The notes below the pieces were generated by a model. It worked only from the letters and a program-made list of their open reading frames with translations, ran no database searches and was not told the DNA's origin. Below are positions 18,780 through 26,858 of a stretch of 64,000 bases of DNA, one piece after another (position 1 is the first letter of the stretch; every line of letters starts with the position of its first letter). This stretch comes from Candidatus Latescibacterota bacterium. Lineage in GTDB: Bacteria > Latescibacterota > UBA2968 > GCA-2709665. Location of the stretch: contig OZ244744.1 of NCBI GenBank assembly GCA_965219455.1, positions 4,128,001 through 4,192,000 on the forward strand, read 5' to 3'. Both the position numbers and the translations under genes were made by a program.

Positions 18780-18808
18780 TTGACAATTGAGATAATGTTC
18801 TATATCTT
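18780..18808 (+). promoter_or_regulatory. sigma70 promoter upstream of the OMP-TBDR cassette
   Basis: TTGACA-17 nt-TATCTT. Confidence 0.7.
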
Positions 18809-18934
18809 CTCTCGATTAACCTGCTGTATTGCTTGCGAATTCAATATCTAAGCTCAAATGGTTGGTGTATGCTAAATTGCTACCGCGTAGTCGATTATCA
18901 TAAATTCCGTACGCTTGAAACAGAAGTTCCTTTT

Positions 18935-18973
18935 GGGGGCGTTGCCGGTTTGCTGGCAGGTGCGCCCTTTTTT
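18935..18973 (+). terminator. Terminator-like hairpin inside the cassette leader
   Basis: GGGCG-TTGCCGG-tttg-CTGGCAG-gtg-CGCCC followed by TTTTTT. Confidence 0.55.
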
Positions 18974-19089
18974 GTGGTTAAAAGGGGGTGGGAAATCGAG
19001 CAAGCTGCGAGAGTTTTTTTTGGGGCAGACCGTATAAGGATGTGCAGGGAGGCGGGGTCAAGTCATCGTCCAAGTGTAAGGAGGTGTTT

Positions 19090-19788
19090 ATGAAGGTGTT
19101 CAGGGTTGTTGGCCTGTTGATTCTTGTGTTCACGGTTTCAACTTGGCCCGCAGTTGCCCAGGAAGGGAATTGGGGAGTCGGCGTGTTTGCGAATTACAAC
19201 GTGCCGGTCTTCGGTCTGGGAGACTGGTACGACAACGACTCCAAGTTCGGATTGAACGCGGCCTACGTGCTTGCGTCGAACGTTACGGTGGAAATGGAGT
19301 TTCACCATGGTAATTTCAACGACGGGAGCCTGCTGACCCGCACGTTCACCTGGACCGACGGCAACGATTACACCAGCCCGAACGCGGCAAGCAATATGAG
19401 CCTGAACAGTCTGCTGGTGAACGCGCTCGTCCGCCTGCGGCAGATCGGGCAGCCGTTCGCCGCCAGCAGTTTTGCCTCGTACATCGCGGTGGGCGGCGGC
19501 TTTTACCGGTACAAGAACGACGTCAGCGGGTTGTTGTGGCCCGGGCAGACGGGAGATCTGGTCATCGAAATGGATCCGTTCACCGACCAGCGGTTTGCGC
19601 TCGGGATCAACGCCGGTCTGGGTGTCGAGGCGTTCATAATCGATAACGTGGCCGTGGACCTTCGCGCGCGTTACAATATGATGATCGGGGACCTTCGGGG
19701 CCTGGAAGACTGGGAGCTTTCCGAAACGTTCCCCCTGCAGATGCTGGACCTCGGAGCCGGGGTTAAATTCTACTTCAGCGGGAAATAG
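19090..19788 (+). CDS. Small outer-membrane beta-barrel protein (OmpA-TM/OmpW-like)
   Basis: AAGGAGG RBS and ATG 19090; signal peptide; amphipathic strands SYIAVGGGFY, GINAGLGVE, VDLRARY, DLGAGVKFYF. Confidence 0.8.
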   Translation: MKVFRVVGLLILVFTVSTWPAVAQEGNWGVGVFANYNVPVFGLGDWYDNDSKFGLNAAYVLASNVTVEMEFHHGNFNDGSLLTRTFTWTDGNDYTSPNAASNMSLNSLLVNALVRLRQIGQPFAASSFASYIAVGGGFYRYKNDVSGLLWPGQTGDLVIEMDPFTDQRFALGINAGLGVEAFIIDNVAVDLRARYNMMIGDLRGLEDWELSETFPLQMLDLGAGVKFYFSGK

Positions 19789-19818
19789 CCGCGGAATCTT
19801 TTCGAAGGAGGTCTTCAG

Positions 19819-22800
19819 ATGAATCGATGGAAGTTGTTTGTGGCTTTGCCGGTCGCGCTCTTTGTGCTGGTGGGTTTCACCGCCGGCGCATTCGCTGGAA
19901 CTACCGGTAAACTGACCGGACGCGTCATGGATGCGGCGTCCGGCGAGCCGCTGCCGGGCGTGAATGTCGTTATTGAAGGTACGCGCAGGGGCGCCCAGAC
20001 GGATGTGGACGGATTCTATCTTGTCCTCTCGGTCGATCCCGGCAACATCACGCTGGTGGCGTCGATGGTGGGCTACAACGCGGTTTCGCAGACAGACGTG
20101 CTGATACACGCCGACTTCACCTCAACCGTCGATTTCCAGTTGAAAGAGACCGCGCTGGAAGCCGAGGAACTCGTGGTCATCGCGGAGCGCCCGCCGGTGG
20201 AGCCCGACAAGACCACCAGTCATTACGTGATGGGCGCGGAGCAACTCGAGTCGCTTCCCATGGCGCGATCGGTCACGGATCTGGTCGCGTTGAATCCGGG
20301 CGTGAACCTGACCAACGCCACCGTCATCCGCGGCGGCGACTCCAGGGACGGTATCCTGATGGTGGACGGCGTGGTGCTGCCGAACAACGACGGATACGGC
20401 CGGCAGTTCACCGGCGTCTCCAAGACCGCGGTGCAGGAAATCACGGTGATTTCAGGAGGCGCGAGTGCCGAGTACGGCAACCTGGAGTCGGGCGCGGTTT
20501 CGATCATCACGAAGGACGGCGGACGCGACTTCCGCGGCTGGGGCGACTTTCGCTATACGCCCCCGGGGCAGAAGCACTGGGGTTCCAATCTCTACGAAAG
20601 CGCGTATCACCGTGACAGGCTCAAGTGGGACAACAGGGAGTGGCGCGCGGAAACGGTGATCATTAGCGACGGAGACGATGGCGTTCCGGGAACACCCGAC
20701 GACGACGTGGGTCTGGCGCACAACGCCGTGGACTATACCGACGTCAAGGGCTCCTACATCGAGGGCGGCGTTTCTGGCCCGCTGGGCGACCAGGCCAGCT
20801 TCTTCGCGAGCGCCCGGTGGACCCGGCAGCCCACCGACGTGCTGAATACCGCCACTCGGACTGCCACGGTCGACCCGAGCCTTGGCGCCACCAGCCTCAA
20901 CAGCGTGATGTCGGGCGGGTTCCCCACGCTGAGTACTCCGCTGGATTTCCGCGGAAATGTAAAGCTGACGTTCCGCCCGGGCGCCGACGCGAAGGTGAGT
21001 ATCGGGCACATCAACTCCGTTGCGGAAGTTTACAATAGGGCAACGAACACCCAGCGCGACAGGGCTTCAAACGGTCAGAACGTCTTCCTGCCGGAGGGGT
21101 CCGGCGCGGGCGGGCGCAGAATTACCGACCAGGTCACCTATGCGTCGCTGACCCACACGGTATCCCCGAAGACGTTTTACGAAGCCAGGGTGTCGTTCTA
21201 TGCCACAGCGGAAGATACCCAAAATACCAACTGGCCGAAGGACCAGTTCGGGTTCCCCTTAACGGTATTCGGCGAGAAGGACCTCGACGGCTGGTTCAAC
21301 GTGAAGCCCAACTATGTCGCGAACTATACCATCGCGGACCGGACCCGGCTGAACCTCAAGCTGGACGTGTCTTCGCAGGTCACCAAAGGGCACTTCGTCA
21401 AGGCGGGTATGGATCTGACCCGATACAGCATCTACTACCTGAACTACAATGCGCCCAACCCTAGCCAGCGGATCGTCGACTTCATCACCCACTCCGGCAA
21501 TCTGCCCGACGCGAAAGCCCCCATCAATCCCATTCAGATCGGATTCTATCTGCAGGACAAGATGGAGTTCGAGGGCATGGTGATGAACGCGGGTATCCGG
21601 TTCGACGCGCTGTACACGAACCACGATTTCTACAATGTATCGCAGCTTCAAACGCCGCAGAACCGCTGGCTCATCAAGCACGTGGATATGATCACGGTCG
21701 ACCCGCAGTGGGCGACACAGTTCAGCCCGCGTTTCGGGATCTCCCATCCCATCACGCACCGGTCGGCCTTCCACTTTACGGCCGGACTGTACTCGAAGGT
21801 GCCCGACCTGCTGGAGTTCTTCCGCGAACAGTGGCGGGCCAACGGCCCCGACGCTAATGTGGCCTGGGATGCGTTCCGGGGTCTGCACGGGCAGGTCCGG
21901 ATGGCGAACCCCTACGTTTCCCTCACGCGTACCCGGGCTTACGAGGCGGGCGCCGACTGGAACTTCGTGGCCGACTATACGGCGGGTATGGCGGCCTACT
22001 ACAAGAGCGCCCTGGGCAAGATCAACTCCGGAAGCCGGTACTGGTACGAGCCGCAGCGGACAACGTGGGTCTGGGGCCGCAAGCCCAGCGGTTTCCAGGA
22101 CATGAGAGGGTTTGAGCTGCACGTGCGCAAGGGCTTCAGCCACTACTTCTCTTTCAACGCGGCGATCAACTTCGGTTGGGCGTCCTCCGCGCGCGTGGGT
22201 TCCAACGCCACCATGTTCTATCCCGATTCCTCGTATGTGATGAATTCCGATCAGTATCACACCTGGGAGTGGAACGGTTCCTCGTACGCGCGCAAAGACT
22301 ATACGCTGGAAGAGCGGATGGAATTCGCCGGAAGGGCGGCCAGGAACTGGCGGGGCCGCTCCAACGCCATGATCAACGGCTATCAATACGTTGTCTTCGA
22401 GTTCATGGATATCCAGAAGGCCTACGACGCGCCTGCAAATATGAACGGCGTGTGGCAGCCCACCTACGGCGGCGGCCGGCTGTTCAACCCGAAGAGTTCC
22501 GACCTTCGTATCCAGTCGAGTCTCTCGCTGTATCTGGACACGCCCACGGACTTCGGTCCGGGGCTGCGCCAGTTCCACGTGGCGGGCGGCCTGCGCGCGA
22601 ATATGGTCTGGCGTATCCAGAGCGGCCGTCCCCAGTGGTACACGCCGCCTGGCAAGCAGCCGGAGTTGCGCCACAGGCCTATCCGGACCTGGACAGACCT
22701 GCAGGTTGAGAAGACGCTCGTGGAAGGCGGGCACCGGAACGCTATTTTCTACGTCGAGGTGTTCAACCTGTTCAACCAGCAGGACAGCCCGGTAGCCGGT

Positions 22801-22944
22801 TCCTATCCTGACTTCGTGCGGTGGGGTCTGAACGTCCCCAGGCCAAACGACGGGGACTACCTGACGTACGGCGACTACAACGAGTTGACCCGGTACTACG
22901 GAAAGCCGCGCGAGTTTGGCGTGGGTCTGAGAATCAACTTCTGA
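19819..22944 (+). CDS. TonB-dependent receptor with N-terminal carboxypeptidase-regulatory-like domain
   Basis: AGTTGKLTGRVMDAASGEPLPGVNV; plug IRGG...VISGGASAEYGN; YLQDKME, FSPRFGISHPI; VFNLFN...PREFGVGLRINF. Confidence 0.93.
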   Translation: MNRWKLFVALPVALFVLVGFTAGAFAGTTGKLTGRVMDAASGEPLPGVNVVIEGTRRGAQTDVDGFYLVLSVDPGNITLVASMVGYNAVSQTDVLIHADFTSTVDFQLKETALEAEELVVIAERPPVEPDKTTSHYVMGAEQLESLPMARSVTDLVALNPGVNLTNATVIRGGDSRDGILMVDGVVLPNNDGYGRQFTGVSKTAVQEITVISGGASAEYGNLESGAVSIITKDGGRDFRGWGDFRYTPPGQKHWGSNLYESAYHRDRLKWDNREWRAETVIISDGDDGVPGTPDDDVGLAHNAVDYTDVKGSYIEGGVSGPLGDQASFFASARWTRQPTDVLNTATRTATVDPSLGATSLNSVMSGGFPTLSTPLDFRGNVKLTFRPGADAKVSIGHINSVAEVYNRATNTQRDRASNGQNVFLPEGSGAGGRRITDQVTYASLTHTVSPKTFYEARVSFYATAEDTQNTNWPKDQFGFPLTVFGEKDLDGWFNVKPNYVANYTIADRTRLNLKLDVSSQVTKGHFVKAGMDLTRYSIYYLNYNAPNPSQRIVDFITHSGNLPDAKAPINPIQIGFYLQDKMEFEGMVMNAGIRFDALYTNHDFYNVSQLQTPQNRWLIKHVDMITVDPQWATQFSPRFGISHPITHRSAFHFTAGLYSKVPDLLEFFREQWRANGPDANVAWDAFRGLHGQVRMANPYVSLTRTRAYEAGADWNFVADYTAGMAAYYKSALGKINSGSRYWYEPQRTTWVWGRKPSGFQDMRGFELHVRKGFSHYFSFNAAINFGWASSARVGSNATMFYPDSSYVMNSDQYHTWEWNGSSYARKDYTLEERMEFAGRAARNWRGRSNAMINGYQYVVFEFMDIQKAYDAPANMNGVWQPTYGGGRLFNPKSSDLRIQSSLSLYLDTPTDFGPGLRQFHVAGGLRANMVWRIQSGRPQWYTPPGKQPELRHRPIRTWTDLQVEKTLVEGGHRNAIFYVEVFNLFNQQDSPVAGSYPDFVRWGLNVPRPNDGDYLTYGDYNELTRYYGKPREFGVGLRINF

Positions 22945-22960
22945 GTATGGCAAACCATTC

Positions 22961-22991
22961 GGGGGCGGGCGGTTTTTCCCGCCCCCTTTTT
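22961..22991 (+). terminator. Intra-operon terminator/stabiliser hairpin
   Basis: GGGGGCGGG-8 nt-CCCGCCCCC-TTTTT. Confidence 0.7.
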
Positions 22992-23009
22992 AGAAAGGGA
23001 GAAGCAAGT

Positions 23010-25397
23010 ATGAAACCAGGCATCAAGCTTATGGCGCTTGTCTGCGGCTTGCTCCTGCCAGTGGGCGCCTGGGCTGTAGACCAGAGCGACACCCCGAGGC
23101 TGTCGACCAGCCGGGGGCACGTCCAGGTCAGCTGGAACACGGATGGAACCATGGGCGGGTGGAACTTGGGAAGCGGGCAGACGGGCGAGCCGGATATGTT
23201 CTGGTACCCCGGCTGGGCCAACATCCCCGCGAGCAACGCGAGTTCCAACTATACCCGCCGGGGCGGCAACGCCGTTGGTTTCGGCACCTGGATCATGGTG
23301 GTGGGGCCCGGGGGCGTGGATGCGGCATGGACCGGTCCCAGGGGCAAAAGCGTCGGTATCACCCCGCTGGTGTACGATCCGTCCAGCGGGCCCGAGGTGG
23401 GTCTCGGCGCGGCAACGGAGTGGGAGCAGGGGCGTTACGGGGCGTTCTCGCCGTCCAGCAACTACTGGCCGGGCGTGGACGTGCCGGATGAGATGGACAC
23501 CAGCGCGCCGCCCAGACTCATCCATAACTTCTCGCCCGGTGAATACACGCCGGACGATGCGTTTGCCGAAGAGATTCTGATTACCAAGTGGAACAACAGG
23601 TTCGACATCACGATAACCCGGAAGGTCCACAACTGGGCTCACCAGATGTTCGACGATTTTGTCATCGTGGAATACACGCTCGAAAATATCGGCAGCACCC
23701 GTCACAACGAGGTGTACCTGCCGCTGGTGGCCACCTGGAAAGTCAACGAGACGGCGGACAACAACCAGGGCGGCGGCCGCTGGTGGCGGTGGTTGGACCA
23801 ATCTCTCGACGATCACTTTCGCTACACCGAGGCCGGCAACTACGTGGACGGCGGCCCCGGCGGCCCGGTGTCCATCAGCGCGGCCCGCGTGCAGGGTCTC
23901 AAGCTGAGCTATCAGTTCGACGGCGACAGCCCGTTCAGGGCCTGGGAAGACACCGGCGACCCGTGGATCAAGGATATCGAAACCTCCGACCTCAAGGAGA
24001 TGGCCTTCCCCGACGGCAAACTGGCTTCGCATTCCTTTGTGGGCATGGCGCCGATCGCCTTCGCCGACAACGCTGCAGACCCGAGACACTCGTTCAATAT
24101 GCACGATGCCGGTCAGTACGTGCAACCCGAAGGGGACCAGCCGGTCTACCAGGGCTGGTGGAACGTACGCACCACCGCCGACTACGACGAGCCGGTCCTC
24201 GAGGGCGAGACCCCAGCAGAGGCGTTCGCCAAGCTGACCGCAACCTCCGCGCAGGACAACCCCACCGACGTGGGCGGTTTCACGAACGCGCAGGTGTACG
24301 GTCCCTGGGCATTGGGTCCTGGCGAAAAGGCGAAGGTCGTGGTGGCGTACGTGGCCGGCTCCGGCGCGGAGTATGCCGGCCCTGGCAAGTCGCCAATAGA
24401 CATCTGGCAGTGGTCGGTCACGGCCGACAAGGCCAGCTTTTTTCAGGGCGAGCAGGCGATTGTAGAACACCTGGAGCACGCGATATTCGCCTATCAGAGC
24501 GGTTTTGATATCCCGGATGGTCCTCCCGACATCGACGTCTACGCGAAGAGCGACGAAAACGCCAAGGTGAAGCTGTTCTGGGCCGCCGAGGCCCAGGGCG
24601 CCATTCATCCCGACTACGATGCGGCCGACGTGGCCGGATTCCGCGTCTATCGCGGGCTGCGGGGAACGCTCACGGCCACGGGGCCGTTCTCGCTGGTCGC
24701 CGACCTGCCGGTGGGTGGGCCGCTGCCGGCGGGTGTCACGTACGATGCCGGCGCGGATTGGCCGGTAGCTGCAGCCGAGGGCGACGACGTCTCGGCTGGA
24801 AGCCTGGCTATTCAGGCCAGCCAGGGGCGGCGGGCGGGCCGACCGGGAATGTACGGCTGGTCCGACGCGAGTTCCAATGCCGGATTCTTCTATTACTACA
24901 GCGTGCGGGCCTACCAGAAGCCGCATGATGACTGGGTGAACAACGACGGCACCAAGACCTTCGCGGATCTCCCGCCCAGGGCGCAGAAGTTTCTCCAGAA
25001 TGGGCAGGAGGGGCCGTATTCCAACTTCCTCCAGGTGAACCGGGGGTCCCCGCAGTTGCCGTTCGTGGCTGCCGCGGACGCATTGGAACGCGATATCGTG
25101 GTGGTCCCGAACCCGTACATGGCCAACGGCACCAACGAGTACGGCGGCGGTCTGAGTATCCGGTTTGTAAACGTGCCTTCCAACTCGTACATTTATATCT
25201 TCAACACCGCCGGGCAGCTGATCCAGGTATTGCGCCAGAAGGGTAACCGGTCCAGTGAGACCAGGTGGAACGGCCGTCCTTATTCGACCATCCGGGCGAT
25301 TGTCGGCCCGGGAATCTATTTCTATGCCGTGCACGGCGTGGAAGGTTCGGCAGGCGCCGGAAAGATCAAGACCGGCACATTTGTGGTGATCCGTTAA
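23010..25397 (+). CDS. Large secreted protein with Fn3-like module and T9SS type-A-like C-terminal domain
   Basis: ATG 23010 with signal peptide; PDGP...VKLFW...GFRVYR...YYYSVRAY (Fn3-like); C-terminus IVVVPNPY...IRFVNVP...IYIFNTAGQLI...WNG...GIYFYAV...GTFVVIR. Confidence 0.8.
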   Translation: MKPGIKLMALVCGLLLPVGAWAVDQSDTPRLSTSRGHVQVSWNTDGTMGGWNLGSGQTGEPDMFWYPGWANIPASNASSNYTRRGGNAVGFGTWIMVVGPGGVDAAWTGPRGKSVGITPLVYDPSSGPEVGLGAATEWEQGRYGAFSPSSNYWPGVDVPDEMDTSAPPRLIHNFSPGEYTPDDAFAEEILITKWNNRFDITITRKVHNWAHQMFDDFVIVEYTLENIGSTRHNEVYLPLVATWKVNETADNNQGGGRWWRWLDQSLDDHFRYTEAGNYVDGGPGGPVSISAARVQGLKLSYQFDGDSPFRAWEDTGDPWIKDIETSDLKEMAFPDGKLASHSFVGMAPIAFADNAADPRHSFNMHDAGQYVQPEGDQPVYQGWWNVRTTADYDEPVLEGETPAEAFAKLTATSAQDNPTDVGGFTNAQVYGPWALGPGEKAKVVVAYVAGSGAEYAGPGKSPIDIWQWSVTADKASFFQGEQAIVEHLEHAIFAYQSGFDIPDGPPDIDVYAKSDENAKVKLFWAAEAQGAIHPDYDAADVAGFRVYRGLRGTLTATGPFSLVADLPVGGPLPAGVTYDAGADWPVAAAEGDDVSAGSLAIQASQGRRAGRPGMYGWSDASSNAGFFYYYSVRAYQKPHDDWVNNDGTKTFADLPPRAQKFLQNGQEGPYSNFLQVNRGSPQLPFVAAADALERDIVVVPNPYMANGTNEYGGGLSIRFVNVPSNSYIYIFNTAGQLIQVLRQKGNRSSETRWNGRPYSTIRAIVGPGIYFYAVHGVEGSAGAGKIKTGTFVVIR

Positions 25398-25427
25398 CGA
25401 ACCTCTCGACGTTTAAGGAGAATCGCT

Positions 25428-26471
25428 ATGAAAAAAGGATGGATCATCTTGGGGTTGGTCCTCGTGACCGTCGCTCTCCTTTCCGTGAAGCCGGCGCTGG
25501 CCGTTGAGCAGCCGGCGCCCGGAGCCGAGACGCGCAAAGGGGCGTTGATCGATCCGAAGATGGAGAACGTAGACAAGGCCTGGGGTCTGTGGGCCGAACG
25601 GGTTGGGCTTTCGGAATTCCCCTTCCTGAAGATCGGCCAGGGCGCCCGCGCCGAGGCCATGGGCGGGGCTTACACGGCCATTGCGGACGATATCTCGTCC
25701 GCGTTCTGGAACGCCGCGGGTCTGGGGCACATCGAAAACGTGGCCTATACCCTCAATTACACCCGCTGGCTGGCCAATTCATCAGTGGTTTCCGGCGCGC
25801 TGGCCTTCAATGCCGGGTTCGGAATCATCGGGTTTACGTTCACCAGTTTCGCGCCGGAAGAGTTCGAAGTCACCACGCCCACGGCCCCCTGGGGTACCGG
25901 CACGATGGCGCAGGTGGGGGATATTGCCCTTGGCGCTGTTTTTGCCAAAAAGATGACCGATAAATTCATGCTGGGCGGTCAGATCCGCTGGATGCAGGAA
26001 GATCTCTACCTGGAGAAGGTGTCCACGCTCGACTACAGCATCGGCACCCACTTTTACACCGGGTATCGCAGCAGCCGGATTGCCATGAGTTTCCGGAACC
26101 TGGGTCCGAACGTCAAGGCGACGGAGGGCGGTTTCACGGCCGCCATGCCCACCACCTACTCCCTTGGCGGAGCCATGGAGATTTTCGGTCAGAAGGGCGA
26201 TCCCGGATACTTCACGCTTTCGCTCGAGCACGAGTTCGTGACGGACTTCCGGCCGATTACCCGCGTGGGCGGGGAACTCTGGCTGGAAAACACGTTGGCG
26301 CTTCGCGCGGGTTACCGGACGCATACGGCTCTCGAAAGCTGGAGCGTCGGCGCCGGCCTGAAGCACGAACTGGCGGGCGGTCAGCTGATCACCGTGGATC
26401 TCTCCTACCATAACCCGGATCTGGGTATTTTCGATCCTCCGTTGCGTCTGTCCGTGGGCGGGACGTTCTAA
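25428..26471 (+). CDS. PorV/PorQ family outer-membrane barrel
   Basis: FLKIGQGARAEAMGGAYTAIADDISSAFWNAAGL; LALRAGY; ends GGTF. Confidence 0.88.
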   Translation: MKKGWIILGLVLVTVALLSVKPALAVEQPAPGAETRKGALIDPKMENVDKAWGLWAERVGLSEFPFLKIGQGARAEAMGGAYTAIADDISSAFWNAAGLGHIENVAYTLNYTRWLANSSVVSGALAFNAGFGIIGFTFTSFAPEEFEVTTPTAPWGTGTMAQVGDIALGAVFAKKMTDKFMLGGQIRWMQEDLYLEKVSTLDYSIGTHFYTGYRSSRIAMSFRNLGPNVKATEGGFTAAMPTTYSLGGAMEIFGQKGDPGYFTLSLEHEFVTDFRPITRVGGELWLENTLALRAGYRTHTALESWSVGAGLKHELAGGQLITVDLSYHNPDLGIFDPPLRLSVGGTF

Positions 26472-26493
26472 GGGCGTGACGCGCGCTAAACAT

Positions 26494-26530
26494 AAAGGGG
26501 GGCGGTCCCGCGGGATCGTCCTCCTTTCTT
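26494..26530 (+). terminator. Rho-independent terminator closing the cassette
   Basis: AAAGGGGGGCGGTCCC-gc-GGGATCGTCCTCCTTTCTT. Confidence 0.7.
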
Positions 26531-26645
26531 GTTATAGGTGAAACAAAGAAGCACTCAGCAATCAGTTTTCAGCAGTCAGCTTGAATCAAAGACCCAATCA
26601 TTTGACTTCAGCGCCGTGAAGCGGCAGGACCAGAAGGGGGCGCGA

Positions 26646-26669
26646 CGAGGGCAAGATGCCCTCGCTCCC
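26646..26669. repeat. REP-like palindrome (GGGAG class)
   Basis: CGAGGGCAAGATGCCCTCGCTCCC; single copy in the window. Confidence 0.5.
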
Positions 26670-26858
26670 ATCCGAAATCCGTTTCCTGTTTGAATATCGC
26701 GGGAGTCCGTTGCGGACGTCTGGATTTTCTGCAACCAAATACGACTATGGGCATCATAGATGTTACGGGGAGCGGGAACACGGTTTCCGCTGCTGCGCCG
26801 GGGAGACGACGCGTTCGGCCTGACGTATTGATGCCAACCTGAAACGAGGAAGAAAACG

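Noticed and set aside
18975-19089. Cobalamin riboswitch before the TonB receptor
   Set aside because: No B12-box or GGGAA...GCCACTG consensus visible
21259-25334. Long antisense ORFs (564 aa and 812 aa) opposite the TBDR and cargo genes
   Set aside because: Shadow frames caused by strong GC3 bias, with no motifs. The same applies to 34159-35991, 30594-32108, 45194-46525 and similar ORFs.
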